DNA of 64,000 nt from Yuukianura sp. NJ FZ-2021 (lineage: Eukaryota). The notes under the pieces were generated by a model that did no database searches, had not been told where the DNA came from, and was given only the letters and a program-made list of their open reading frames with translations. The DNA lies in contig CM102290.1 of NCBI GenBank assembly GCA_046563655.1, positions 2,976,001 to 3,040,000 of the forward strand. Direction: 5' to 3'. Numbering within the stretch: position 1 is the first letter of the stretch; every line of letters starts with the position of its first letter. Shown here in pieces: positions 11,801-26,800 of the stretch. Both the position numbers and the translations under genes were made by a program.

Positions 11801-14800
11801 ATCAGTTTCCTTCAATGAAAAAACAACAACAGCTGGAAATGAGAACTTATCTATCAAAATAATGTCACTTCCATTGGCAAAAAGTGACAGAGATTGAGAT
11901 TAAGTAGAACTAAATGAAGATACTACTAAATATGACGCATGCGTGTTTTCACAACTTCCGTGTTTGTAGGTTATTTGCAGAAGAAAGTTGGAGAAATCAT
12001 TTCTCAAACTCTGCCAAAAAGGAAAAACTTTTCAAAAAAATTTTTTTTTATTACTGTGTTTGTGAAACGTAAAAAATTGGGATTTGTGCGCCTTAAGAAC
12101 TTTCCCTGGAGAGAAATTGATTTTGCTACACCTTAGAAACTAACAGCCTTAACATAACCCTAGGGATTTTCAAAAAAATTAAGTTAGGATTTGAACATAG
12201 TTTGGCACATAGCAACTATCATGCTAGTTTGTGTTATAAGGTTTAGCTCCTAGGAACCTACTATTCAAACTTTCATTGAATTTCACTTTTCTCTTGAAAA
12301 GAAATCGAACAGTAGGACTTGAGATTGATTATTTTTTGAGATTTTTTGGTTAGCTTGAGTTTAAAGTTTTAAAAAGCTTTGAACGTAACGTTTTAGAAGA
12401 AAAATAGAAATTTGATACTTTTTCTTGGTTAGGTTTTTCATTTTTTTTAAAGTGTTGCGATTGGGCGACTTCACTAAAAGCATAATGACTTTTTAACTCA
12501 TTTCGTAAATGTAAATGGATAAAGTGCTATGGGAGAGTTGGCAAAAAGTTGTACAAAACCAAATTTTAGCGGCTTTCTGGATTCTGCATCCGAATGACCT
12601 TGACATTCAAAACCTAACCGACTTTTTTGGGTTCATAAACTACAGCTGCTACAGGTTTTGGGTTTGTACGTGCCGCTTCAAACAGACACAAAACAACCAG
12701 AAAATGCTAAACATACGCGCCATGTTGCAGTTAAAAATTAATTTTGTTTCCAAACAAAACTTTACGGAACTTCATTTTTGAAGTATTTCTGTCCGAAAAC
12801 AAAAATAAGTCTAGTTCTGCTTTATACAATTTCAAAACATTTTCGGCTGTTGAAAAAAAAACGGAAAAATTTAATTTTAAAATGAAGACGGAAACATTAA
12901 ATGTTGAATCATAATTGTTTGTTTACATTTCAAGCAAAAAAGTTATTACTTTTACCCTCATCCTGTTCAACTTTTCTCAAAGAAGTATGAATATAAATAG
13001 AAATTCTTATTATTGTTTTCATTTTTCAATTCTTTCGAATTCACTTTCCTGAATATGTTTTGACACAATTTGTGAGGCTAAATTAATTTATGTTTTGTAA
13101 AAACGGGGTTCCCCGAAATGTTTTGCTGAATTTCTTGGAGAAATGTTCAAAACAAATTTACATCCGGAGCACTATTAACTTTTTATTTGAACAACAAGAT
13201 TCAGTTAACCTCATTTTAATGGAAATTAAGTTAACTTCTATCAACTCACGAAAAAAGCTTTATCAAACCTTGGATTTAACCTCGAGACAAGTTAAAAGTT
13301 AAATATTTGTTTTGCCCGAAACTGTAAAATATTCTTTTTGGAAAAAAGTTTTTTAAAATGTTAAACTTCGAAAATTCTAAAGTTTAGGAAATTTAATATA
13401 ATAACGTAACTGTTTTGGCTTTCTCTTGTGGATCTTAATAATAATGAACCCGAAAATAATTGAGCGTTATTAGTATCCATTAGGCTCATCGTTTAGATTT
13501 TATAGTGTTTTAGTACTTTCTTAAAACATCAGGAAAAGTGCCGCTTTCGTAAAATGGTTCGCTAATCTTACTGCCAGCAGAAAACTTTGAAAGCTCATTT
13601 TACTTTTTTCCTGCAATTCTTCTGAACAAAAAAATTGTGTAGAAGTTCTACAGGTTTATGGTTATGTTAGAGAAGTGGAGGATCTTAATTAATTGTACGA
13701 AGAACAAGGATTAGTGCAGATGTGGGAACTAGAAAAAGAGAGTAGAGGGAGTTGCCCAGTTATGGTGATGCACAAAAGCACTTTTCCTGGTTCCAGGATT
13801 TCAGGAACTGGAGAAAGTCCTCATTAAGTCCTCTCCTTCTGCGTAGCTTTTTCTTGCGTTCCTTTTTTTGGAAAGTGCGCGGGCAAAAGAGAAAAGTCCA
13901 ATTTTCTTCTAGAACTTATTCATTGTCCTCCTCCGTCAAGTAAGCGTCTTATTGGGTAATTTATGATTTCGGAAGCCCCACTTTCTCTTCCGCAACCCTT
14001 CCTTACCACCATTCCACAAAGATCACTGTACTTTTCTTCTGCAACTCCAATTTACACAATAGTTTTTACACCAAAATTTGGAAGATAAATTAACTTTTTG
14101 TAAAGTTGAACTAAAAAGTTAACGAAATTAAAACTTTGGGGACTAATGGTGTAAAGTCGTAGCTAAACCTTCAAAGTTCAGATTTGAGCAGACGTTGAAA
14201 TATGTTTATGTTAGCCACAGTGTGAGATTAATTTTCATACATTTTAACTTTAGCGTTTCGTTTTTAATTCTGGTCCTTTCATTTTGTTTCATTGTCACTT
14301 TCACTGTCACTTTGTGCCCAATTTCACAAAATGCGACTCAACCAAGCCTTTTGTTTTCGAGTTGGATAAAAAAGTGCACTTTTGGATTTAATCTGTTAAA
14401 AGAAAATACAAAAACGAGTGGGAAAAAACACAAAAGGAAAATTAAGCCCAAGAGCACTTGCAGTTTAGTTTTAAAAATTCAAAACCCGCCGCCAGGTTTT
14501 CCGCCTTTTAATTCAAAATTCTGACTCTTCTGTGTACTTTCTCTTTGGTCGGAATTGCATTAGTGGGCGGCGGGTTTACACAATTAAATAAACAACATTT
14601 TCCAAAATGCAGCGTGTGAACTGTAAAGTGAAAGTGCTGCTCAGTTCCCACAGTGTTGCTGCTGGAGAAACTTATGGTTTACCGCAACGTTGTTTCTTTT
14701 GATCAACCTTATGAACAAAATGAGAAATTATCTTAACTGGTTTCCTTTGTTTTGTTTGCTTTTCGTATAACGGTTTATTAAAGTTGACTAACAATAAACA

Positions 14801-17800
14801 CGAAACTTATTAAGTTTTGTAGTTGTAAAACTTAGGCTTAAGCCCATTGTTCTAAACAAATTCAAAATTTCAAGGTTTTGGAGAAAAACAAAAGGAAGAA
14901 GAAACTAAAAGTAGGCTAATCTTATGTCAACCCCATTGTACGTATAATCTGACAGACACAAAATCCATGTACTGCGTAAATCGTAACATGCTCGTATTTT
15001 CCAACAGATAAAAAAAACGTTCCGAAAACGTTTTTTAAAAAAAAACAATAAAAAAAAATACTTGTTTACTGTGACAGTTCAATAAAGAGTGAACGTAGAT
15101 AAGCAAACCATGGCGTCATTGTAAATCCAACTGACTGATATTTACACTTAAGGTTTTGGAAAAAGCAGTTTGAAGTGCACCACAAATCTCAAAAAGAAAA
15201 AGTTTAAAATGAATCTGATTTGAGAAAGTTTGTTCAATTTTGACACAACGCGTGGGTTGGAAATTTGAACGTTTGAGAATTTTTATAAAAGTAACGGCGA
15301 ACATGAATTTCGTTTTTAACTTTTTCTAAAAAGCCCTCAAGAAACAAAGTAGAATAAGTTGAATAGGAACCGATCTTAGCCTAAGCCTCACATGCTGGCA
15401 AAACCAACAGTACTTAGCAAGTTATAACTTTTAAAAAATGTGTTAAAAAAGTTTTAAAAAAAAGAGTTTGGTTTCAAAAAAGTCCACACCAAAGTATATG
15501 CATTGATCTTCAGTAAGATTTCTTTTCTAATCTCATCATTTTTTTTTTAAAAAAAAAAAGGTAGTAATGGATCTTTTTCGGCTTAAACTTTTTCTGTGCT
15601 ACCACTGTTGAAACAAATTCAAACTTTTACTTTGCAGAACTAGATTTTTTCGAACATTTTTGAAACAAAAAAAGAGAGGCAGAAGAGAAAGTTTTTGGAC
15701 AGAAAAGTTTTTTGGAAAGGCGACAGTCTGTAGCTGCTACTTGAGAATGGTGTTGGAGATTCCAAGTATTAGAAAGAACATGTCCATCACTTTCAGTTGC
15801 TCGTTGCTTCACAAATCCTCAGCTGTGCAGCGTATATAAGCTTAGAACTGGGCATTCTGAAAAGATCAGAGTTGGGCATCTCATACCTTTTATCAAGGGA
15901 CAACAAAAGTGCTTATTTTCTTTTTGCATTTTGTGAGATTTGTTGAAGTAGACACGTGGAGAAAGCATAATGCGTTCATCCGGCGTGTAAGTTTACTGTA
16001 AGACTTTCACAAGCGGAAAATTTGAAAGATGTCTATAGAAGCGGAAGAAGAAGAAAGTTTCAGAGCGAGATTAGACAAGTTTCCAATTAATCTTGGAACT
16101 GTTTGTTGTTTGTGTCGTATGGAGGAGCGCATCGAATCATAAGTAGGGCGACTACACACTTTCCAAGTTTTCAAAAAGTTGCAAAATTCTATGTTTCAAA
16201 AAAGTTCTAATCTTGATTCTACCTGACTCGGTCTACTGGGGAATAGAAATTCGTTTAAATTTTTAATCGCAATTTTGTTCGATTTCGAAAATGAATACCT
16301 CCGGAACTCAAATTCCATGTTTTGTACTTGTGCGTTGCAATTTTGAAATTGGAAAAGTGTGTTATGGTTTTCGGTTGTGGTTTTTTGGAAGGCACATAAA
16401 TAGTGTAGGCGGGATAGGACAATGACACATTCTATTAAAGTGTGTTATGTCACTGTTCCTTGACACTTGGGAAGAACCAGGGCGTGGTTTTTGTGTTTTG
16501 GCCAATATTTTCCCCCTTGGTTTCCGGTATACAACGACTTTTTTGAAAATAAGAAAATACTTTTAGGGAAAGTGACACCAAATTGTCTGAAGGACTTTAC
16601 TTATGTAATGTGACAGTTGAAATAGTCATGTTACAATCTCTAAAATTTTTAGAGAAATATCAATTAAAACGTAGTGTTACAAGTGAAATGATATTGCGAC
16701 AGTCGTTTTTTTTTGTAAGGCTATTTTCCTAAGGTTTCAGACTAACTTTTTCAAAAGAAAGTGACCTGTCACCACATCCACATTCTAGAATTCCCTCCTG
16801 TGGTTTTCACCATTGAAACTCTAAAAGAACTAAACCGTGTAACTGTGGCTCGTGTGACTCGTAATTAATTGCAACAAGTTCAAGGTCAATCGAAAACTTC
16901 ACTACCCGCAGTATCCCGCTGAGCCTTGTTCCTGTTTGCTCGTAACCTTGGTCTTGTCACGTCCAGACCGTGCAGAGGACTCACCATTAAAGCAAGTTCA
17001 ACCATTTGTGACTCTCCAAACATTTTCGCTCGAAAATAATAAACCGGTTGTAAATCGGAATTTACAAAAGTAGCGAAAGATGGCGCTGCGTAATCGCGAA
17101 TGGCTCTTCATAATGGCCCACCATTTTAATACATAATTGGCCATAGTTGTGAACGTCGAAAAGATAAAAGTTAACCTTTGACCCAAAAGGAGGTCACTTC
17201 GGGTCACATGAAATACACGAAAGTTGTTCGCCTTGATGAAGCTTTTGTAGATGTCATTCTCTATGTTACCGGGCATGAATGCGGTTGACCTTGACCTTTG
17301 ACCCGGAAAGTGTTGACCTACGGGGATGATATTCAACAGTGAACATCCGCGGGTCAATAGGTGTCTACCGGTAAAACAAATCCCTAAATGTTGAGCCGTT
17401 TCTGAGATAATTGCCGGAGACGGCCGGCCGGACGGACAGACAAAAGTAATTGCATAAACTAGCTTTCGCTGCTGCATAACTAACTTGTGTGTGTTTGTGT
17501 GAAGAAACGTGAAAATGCATGGAAAATGTGATTTTGATCCTGATATGTCCCATGTCCATTGAAGCTTTGAGAAGTGAATTATAAAACAAATGAGAAAGTC
17601 TCTGGGGGGTAGATACTTTCACTTCGATATAAACTTTTGTCCTTTGATCTTCTGTCATTCTTTTCTGCCTCTCCTAGTAGACAGAATTTACTAAAAACTT
17701 CAAAAACTGAAAAGTTTCTTAGAAAACGAAGAAAAACCAGCTTATATACAGAAGGAAAAGCAATTTTGAATGAATATTAGGAGGAGTTGCGTGGGAGAAA

Positions 17801-20800
17801 GTCAAAACAAAAAGAGAACAGGGGCCGTAGGCTCATTAATTCATTCGACAGAAGCAAAAATGTTTTTGAGTTTTGAAAATTATTTAAAAAAAGCAGTTTG
17901 AATTGATGGATTTTAATTTTTGTGCGTTGGCAGTTAAGCAAAGTCTATTGTTTTCGAGGGTATAAGAAATACTTGACGCGCAGTTACTATTTCCGCTATT
18001 TGTTTTTTTCGAAAGAAAGCTGAGGCTGTAAAGTTGCATTGAAGATGAAATTGGGTTCTTTAAATGCAATAATGGCTCCGTGTCTTCGATGTCGCAAGTG
18101 GTATAAAAGGCCTCAAGGTCGTAAGAGGGGCAAAAGCAAGTTTAAATTGGCAAAGAAAATGGCGTTAAGAAACTTGTTGGAAGAGGGTTTTCCGGGATGA
18201 AAATTTAAGCGAGGAACGTGAATCCAGAGATGAGGAAAAACGAGGATGGTGAATGCTGGAGAGCGAAGGCCTGGCTTCTTAAAGTTGAAGAAAAGCGTCG
18301 AAATGAGTAACCCGGGAGCGTAAAGTAAAGAAATTCAAAAGAGCGCGGTTGAATTTCCGGACATGAAAAAAAAATAGAAGAAGAGAAGCTGAAAATAAGA
18401 TTCTGAACGAACCGGATGGAAATTTGAAGCAAAGGATTGAAAAGTAGACGTTGTAAAGCACCCCGATCTTCATCTGCCTTACTAATGCTTTCAAATTTTT
18501 ATTTTCGCTTCTTCCAAAAAAAAAAGGATAAGTAAAAAAAAAATCTCCTTTTGTGACGCCTAAGACGCAAAGTTACTAAGCTGGAAAAGTGGAGAAATGG
18601 CGACAGAATTTGGCAGTCATGCCTTTATTTTTCAGAATAAAAAAATTCAGAGTTCATTGTACCTTTCATTTGAATCAAAAAGCCAAAAGCTTAAACATAC
18701 CAAGGGAATGTCCATGTTGGGTTTGTTCCAAAATTTGAAAATATGTGAACCGTTTTTTTTTCGAAGGAACTTCCCCACCTCTATTCTGTCTCCAAATTTG
18801 TCGTTTTCCCGGTAATCCAATTTTCCGAAAAATTATTGTTGCAGCAGTTTTCGGATCAAGTAGGTTTACCCATAGTACCGATTTTGTGGAGTGTTCTTAC
18901 TGTGTTTCTATTCTTTTAGTAAATCTACCAACACAATTTTTTTTGTACTTTTTTGTTGTTGTATTAACTAACGCCTTTGTAACATGAGGAACTCTAACTA
19001 GTAAACATGGTTAAAAACATTACACGAGAAATGTTTTGAAAACGAGTCTATTGATATTTACTTTCAACAGCAATTTTCTTGAAAATTGGAACAAAAGTTT
19101 TGAAGAAATTCAAAACAGATACCAAAAATCGGATTTTTGAAAATCCGAGAACGCGATTTCAGGAAATATTTTTTTCCAGTGCCTAAGAATTGCTTTATGT
19201 TTGATTTTATTTCCACTGAAGTGTGGTGCCTCATCTCTTCTTTGCCTTGTTGTAATCCATACCGCCTATTTTTCTTCTTTGAGTTACCAAAACATCATTT
19301 TCCAAAGAAAAAATTCCATAACAAAGTCGCAGATTTCAAAATCTGAAACCGAAAGATAAGCAGTATCGGATGTTCGCTTTGATTTATTGTCAATTTTGGT
19401 TCTCTTTTGTTGTCTTCAGTGAAAACTTGAACACTGCAAACGACTCAAGATCAAAAGTACAATCTTTTATTACCTTGCTTCTGTATTGAATTACATCTTA
19501 TCCACAAAAATACCACACGACCATTGGCCATGCGACAGTAAAGGTCAAAGGTCATTTGGAAAACTTGTGTTGCCACAGCTACAGCATTGTAATTCCTTTC
19601 AAATTGGCTTGATGTTTTTGTTGTTTTGGCACAAAATCTGACATTCTGTTCTGAAAGATTTTGCAGATATACATGAAGATACTCGTTAGTAAATTCAGAT
19701 GAATTTCTGCATTGTTTTCTTTGTTACAAATTTCAAAACCGAAAGTTTTGATATTCTTGTTTTCTCCGTTCCAAGATTTCCCTCGTGTTTTCTAGTTCTG
19801 GCTCCGGTTGTGGTTTTGTTGAGTTCCGAAATTAACAAAATAACAACACGGCCTCTTTTAGTTTAAACTTGATATAATTCAAAACTAAATTCCAAAAAGC
19901 AACAGAAGCCAAAAAAAGAATTGAACAAGTTTTTTCCAACTAAAGGAAATTTTCTTTGATTTTGTTTTGAAAACACGGAAGATGCAAAGTTTCGTATGGT
20001 AATTAGGTTTTCCGAAGAACCGAAAAAGTCATCAAAGCTAAACTTTCTTTTTCGTTTTTTTTCCAATTTAAGTCCAATCGCAGGAAAAAATCATATTTTT
20101 AACCAAAATAAACCGTTGTAGGCCGAAATGTATAAAAGTAGCGAAAGATTTCAAACGGGTGCGCCCTTACGGCACATCATCATGAGTCATCATAATACCA
20201 CGATAGTTATGAGTTGTAAACATGAAAAAGTTAACGTTTGACCCGGAAGCTGGCCACCAAGTGTTGTATGATGAGCACAAAAGTTGTTTGTCTCGTAGAA
20301 ATGAACTTTTTTAAGTAGTAAAAACAGATACTGGAAATCTGTAGCGGCTTCCCATATAATTACGGCTGACTGCCGGACGAACAGACGGACAGACCTGGCC
20401 TATCCTTAAACTAGCTTTTGCTACTTTATAATGTTGTTTACGTTCAAGTGAAAAAGTTGTAGTTTGTTAAAAGTTCAAATTAAAGTGAAAGTGACAAAAG
20501 CGAGATCTCTGACTTCCGATGGCTATTGTTGGTGTTTTTTCTTGAAAAAGCGAATGTTCAATTTTCTGTTTTCAAACGAACTGAACATCTTTAGAAAAAT
20601 AGTAAACAACGTCCGACAATCACTTTTCTTTTTGATACCGCAAGAGGTCTACTGGAACTGCGCCTGTCGGAACGGAAGTGTAACCCACTTCGTCGGGCTT
20701 CCGTTTTTTTCTGGCCATTTGAAGTTCCGCGGGGTGTTTTTTTTTAGATTTACTGTGAAAGCATAGTTATGATGCACCAAAACACTCTTTGACCTATAAA

Positions 20801-23800
20801 TTAAAAAAAAACAGTTTGTGGTTGAGCGGCTTTGGAACTACAGGGAAAAGGCGCGACGTTGTTTTTTTTTTCAAAAGCCTAGATCCGGAGATAGTAAAAA
20901 AAAATTTTTTTTTAGAGTTGTTCAGAACACAGATCAAGGAATTCGTAAGTCGTAAAGTTGCGTTTTCAAACTCCCCGCGCATCCTAGGTCCTCTTGTGTA
21001 GCTTTTCCGAACTACAAATCTAGACGAATGACGTTTCCGGAGAAAGTTTTGCACAGTAACAGAGTTTGCAGGAACGGCTACACGGGGGAGCAGGAAGTTT
21101 GCAAAAAAAAATTGCACGTGGAAAACATTTCCAACTTTTTTCGCCAAATTTTTGCGGGGGTGAGTTTTACGTATTTCCTCTGACGTAACAAGCCTTTGCT
21201 CTAAAAGCCCTTAATGAAAAATGTATTGGTATTAAGAAATGGAGATGATGATACAATGTTGTTTCGAGAAAAACATTTTGCGCGAGAGTTTAAATCTTAC
21301 TCAACCAATCAACTCACGTCATATCAAAGGAACTCTTATTTGGCCAATTTTTTAATAGCATATTTTTTTGTCAATATTTCGGCCGTTTTTAGCACATGCA
21401 TATTTTTGACAACCCTGGAAACGACCTTATGAAGTTGATAAACTTTATGGATCGTCAGAATAGGTGTGTTTGCCATTCTTAGAAGTTGAAAATTAATGAA
21501 ATAACTAGTAATTGATAATTTGAAGTGTTAAGTTCAACTTTACAAAAAGAAGACACAATAGACTTCATTTCTACAAAGAAGTTGTTGTGTCAAATTGGAA
21601 ATTAAAAATAATTTGAAGGTTTGATCCAATTTCCGCAGGCTTCAATTAAAATTATATTACATTCACTTCAAAACAACTCAAAAGTAAAACTTTGACGTGC
21701 TTCATTGACACTTGTTGAAAAGAAAACGTATTTGCTTTGATGTTACACTCATTGACAGTCACCTAGGTGTAGAAATTCACAAGACGTAGACATGTCTGGG
21801 GTCAAAGGTCAAAAGTCAACGCCATGCTTTTGATGTTCAAGCTGTTGCTGAACTCATTTTTATCAACACAAACAACACGGAGCTCATACTTTCAAATGAA
21901 ATTCATAGAGAGGAGGGTTTAAATTTTTCGTTTTTGATTAAAATGTCATTCAAAACTGTTCCCCGGGTATGTTTTCGGATCAGAGAGCAGGAAAGCCGTT
22001 GTTGCTAGGCAATTTCCGTGTTAATTAAAGAGACAGAAATAGATTGAAGGGGCCCTGGGGACTATCTCTGGACAAATTTTCAAGAGAAGAGCATTTGTTG
22101 ATTGGGGATTCCTGCAAGAAAGTTGGTGCGGAAGTGATCCAATTCTTCTTAAGCAGCCTTTGTTTAAACTATTTTCATTAGCAAAATCCTCAACAAAAAC
22201 TAATGCTGGAGAAACTCTTAATTAAGATGACAAAAGAGGTGCAAAAACTAAAACGTTCGACGGAAGTTGCCCAGAAAAAGTCGAAGTTTAAACAAAGTTT
22301 TTTTTTTCATTCTTTGTTTTTGTTTTATATTTTTTCTTTGTGGAGTTGCTTATTTTTAAATCGAATTTCACCCAGATTTGGCGGCAAAAGGACCGCTGAG
22401 TGAAAACTGGTGAAAGTAAATTAGAGAAATTACCAGAAAATTAATAATTGTAACTTGGGTTACAACTAGATTAACCAAATGCACCGCAGTTAATGCTTTG
22501 TGACATGATCAGTTGGAATGTTATTTAGCGTTACAATGTGTACAACGTTTGTAGAGCCAGGCCTCACTTAGTAGATAAAGTTGATTAATGTCGACTTCCT
22601 AACTTGGAGACAAGTGGACATTAATCACTTCCAGGATTTTGAAAAGCGTGTGACTAAAGTGTAGTGGCGATGAAAACTTGCAGAACGGAACATCCGCCAC
22701 GGTTGCATGCTTCAAATTTCAGGCTTAAAAATCTACACGCGTGCTGACAAAAACGAAATTTCCGATAGCGTAAGCAAAATTAATTGCAAAATTAATTTAA
22801 AGTGGCAACAAAATCTTTATCAACATTAGCAAAATTGAGTCATGTAAAAACTAAATTAATCAAATCCTAATAAAAAAAAAACAGTTCTACTTTTTTTTTA
22901 AATTGTATTACAAAGGCTATTTCCGACTATAAATCTAAACATTAACTTAACTTTTTAGACTTCTTTCTAAAAATTGTAACCGGAATGTTTTGCTGGGCTT
23001 ATTTTCTGTTTGCTTTGCTGTAAATTCTCATTACGTGGATAGGACTTTTCAAAGTTAGTGTAAAAGGAGGTATTTTAGGTTCAAAATTTTGAAATAATTT
23101 TCTTTTTTCCTTTTAAAAGTGTGGGTTTGACGGATTTTGATCTCCTTGATCCTATTCTCATTTTGTCCACCAACAGAACTTGATGTGTCTACCCTTGTAC
23201 TATTTACTTCACTTTGGTTGAGGGATGATCTCTAAATAAATTCTCTTGCCAAATTTTTTTTTGTACGTTACTGGCTCAATTAATCTGGACGTTACATATA
23301 TTCTCAGCACTCTCAACGTTTAGTCACATGAGAGCATGAGACATAAATTTCTTCTAACAAAAACCCATTGTTATAATCTTCCTCATCCGTATAGTCAACG
23401 TCCACAAGTTTTAAGTTACTTTTTTGCAATATTGAAAATTTTGATCTTGGAATTACCTAAAAACAAAAACCGGTTTTTGGAAATTAAGTTTTGAATCTGC
23501 AAAAAATATATTGCAGTTTGGATTTTCCCTTGATTGATACTGACCATAAAACGTTTTGGTGCTTAAAGAGAACCTAACTTTTCCAGTCAAGTAGACTCAA
23601 AATACGACTTTTTTGCTAGAACCGATTTTTATAAGAAAAACCATAGTGGTGAAATTCTCATCCTAACTTTTTCGCGTAGGATAAGATTATGCTTGTTAGG
23701 CTAGATTATAAGTTCCATTGCACTTCTCGACCTTTCTTAACATTTCTGACCTTTAGAACCTAAAACAAGGTTCAGACTGTCTGGAATTGGCGATTGGACG

Positions 23801-26800
23801 AAAATTGTTTTTTCTCCAGTGCGATTCTGGCCAATTTTGTGTTCGGATGAGCTCTAGAAGGGTTTTGTGCGAATTTTTGCAACGTTCGGCCCAGGGTTAG
23901 AACGGAAAGCGCAATCTCATGTTCCACCAAAAACTGAACGCTGGTGTGAGTTGTTCCAGTTCCAGGCTTTTGCCTGCATCTTCACGCTGTGTTTTTGTGA
24001 AGTGGTTTAAGATCCTGGGTGGGATGTTGGATTGGAACTAAACTGTTCCACAGTTGGGCCTCGGAGTCTCACGAAGTGACGCTGAAGCTCCGCGTATACT
24101 AACAAGTACGTTCCAACTCTACGCAAAAATAGACGCCACCAGTTTTGTAATTTAGCGTTTTGGAAACAAAGCAGATCCAACTCAAAGTTTTCCACGTTTT
24201 GTTCAAATCAAAAAGTTAAATAGCGTTCCAGCATTTTTTTTTGGAAAAAAAAATCTGACAGAAATTTTTTCTCTTTGCGTTTTGACCTAAAGTGGCCCGT
24301 GAAGTTTGCGGACAGTGTCGTATTTTAGAAGTTTTAAATATTTTAACTTCATTTTTTTAGCATAACATAACTTGTCATAATTTTCAAAAATGAGTGAAAG
24401 TGATGAGCCGTTTTCATCCCTGATTGGCTTGTTTGAGCCCAGTTCCAGTCTTATTCCTCTGTTGACCTCTGACCTGGACAATGCAACTTTTAATGATTCA
24501 GAACCATACTTTGACGTAGAAGAACATATTCGACTGTACCTAGGGTCCAAGTCTCTACCCTATGAAAATCTTATTCCAATGACTTGTATCTATCTCATCA
24601 TTTTCATAACGGGAGTATTTGGTAACGTGATGACAATGTGTATCATCACGAACAACCATTACATGCATACAGCCACAAACTACTACCTGTTCAACCTAGG
24701 TAATTTCTTTTGACACACGTAAACTTAATTACTAATTGTCACTTTTCACTTTCATTCATTTACTCATCTTTGGATTTCAGCCGTCGCGGACATGACAACT
24801 CTCGTAGTCGGTACGTCAAAAACATTTTCACTTGCAAATGATGACAAAATTTACACATTTCATTGGAAATTTGAGCATATTTGCACATATTTTGTAACAA
24901 AAAAAGGAAAGTTCCGATGTTTAGTTTGTTAACACAGAAATCAAAGGCTGTAATACTGACACTAACTGGAACATTTTGAGTCAACAACTTTCTTTGAAAA
25001 GGAACGGAATTTGGAACAAAACTGTGATAAAATTTCATTAGTTGATGACGCAGACTGTATTACTATGATGACAAAAAAAAGTTGAGCCCTCCAGTTGATT
25101 CTAGAAAAGCATTTGAGAGAATGGGTCCAAGTTTTGTTGCTATTTTGAGTCACTTCAGTTTATTATGTTTATAGCCAGTGTCCAAGTCCTAGTTTCTCTT
25201 TCAAAATTTTAAGAGAAAAAACGACATTCTTTCTTTAGATGACAAAAGATGTGCAGCGAGGCTCGAGAAATAAAAGTGAGAAGATGACTTAGAAGGCATG
25301 TAACAAACAGTATTTTTTTAAAAGAAAGAAAATACAAAGGGATGAGACGAAGGAAAAACGGAAAAATTGGGGGAAATGAAAGGGAAAGTTTTCTTTGGGG
25401 AAAAGGGAAGTGTTTTTGCTTTCTCTTGTGCACTGTTCCCTCGAGAAGTGGCGGCACTAGAGAGGAAGTGTTTTTGGATGTTAGCTTATTGGATTAGGTT
25501 AACGGAGAAAATAGAGTCAGGTTAGTTAGGTTTTGGTTAACCTAATTAATTTTTGGGGGTTGACATTTTATTTCTTAAAAGTAGCGGTGAGAGCAGGTTT
25601 GAAGTAGAAAGCATAGTGCCGAATTTAAAAAAAAACCATAGAAACATAGATTTAAAAAACTTTTACCATTCATTTCAGTTTTGCTTAATGTCAGAAAAAA
25701 AGCGCAGCGGAAGAGGCTCATTTCATTAAACATTTGCTTTTGTTCCTGGAGTGTTTCGAAAGCGCACTTTTTTTTTGCTAATGAGAATCTCACTTGGATT
25801 TGGTTTTTAGATCAACCAACGGAATCTAGTTCAGAAATCTAAATTCTACCGGTTTCAAGCCGGAACCAAATCAAATCAAAAACAGTTTGGCGTCTTTCAG
25901 TAAAGAAATGGTTTGTTTTTTAGTATTTGAAGGTTGTCTGAAAGTTGAAGTGTTGTTAGTATTGGGTATAACTTTGGCTATGTCAGTTTAATAACTAGCG
26001 TCATTTTCAAAACTAAATAGAGGCACGTCATTTTGAAAAGAAGAAAAAACATAACAGTTCCATTGGCTTAATCAGTTACAATCTGACGCACTTCTGGTCT
26101 ACTCAAGTTTATGTTACGTCTATCGACGTAACCAGAATTGTTGGAAATTTAAAACTGCGAGAAAATTCGTTTTTTTTTTGTTTTTGAATCCGGGAATTTG
26201 AAATCCCTAAAGCCAGTCTAGCGTAGCACTTGTAAAAGTAGAAAATAGGAAAATGAGATTTTAGACCTTCTGGATTTACGGCTTTATCTCGCGCTACCAA
26301 AAGCTTTTTTGTGGAGCCATATTAGCGTTATGCTCTTTGTTCATTTTCTCTTTTGGTGAACAAAACACATGATGACTTTTTTCCGTCATCAAAATCGAAT
26401 CAGTCAAAAACACACAGAGGCTTTTTTTGATGACAGTAGACACAATAGAAAAATTTCTTAATAACTTTGTTGAAGATCTTTTTCCTTTTGAAAATGATCT
26501 TGTCAGTGTCATAATTCCTTGTAAAAAACTTAATCCAATTTCCTTTTTTATACACTTATACATGACAAAACAGAAATTCATTTTCTTCAAGTTCTTTTTT
26601 GACAAACTAAATCCAAAAAAGCCTTTTCGGCCAACTTCCCTTTCACTTCGTAATTTTGAGCAACGTTGTACATTCCATTTCATCGTGTAATTAAGCTATG
26701 CTGTATATAACAAAACAACAAAACATTTCTTTGAAAAGATTGTTACTTTTTGTTAAAATTTTCCAATTTTCTTGCGGAAATTCAAGTGTTCCAAAGGGAA

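Noticed and set aside
18072..18200. 42-aa basic [32 protein letters not shown]...
   Set aside because: It is short, has no recognisable homology or supporting gene structure, and is compatible with chance in purine-rich sequence.
20671..20710. Hairpin AACGGAAG...CTTCCGTT followed by a T run, resembling an intrinsic terminator
   Set aside because: The context is a eukaryotic intron. It is more likely the end of a degenerate interspersed repeat whose other end I could not define.
25490..25545. Scattered GGTTAGGTTA / TTAGG motifs (also near 9256, 37205 and 39498), resembling arthropod telomeric repeats
   Set aside because: There are never more than about two tandem units, so this is not an interstitial telomere array.
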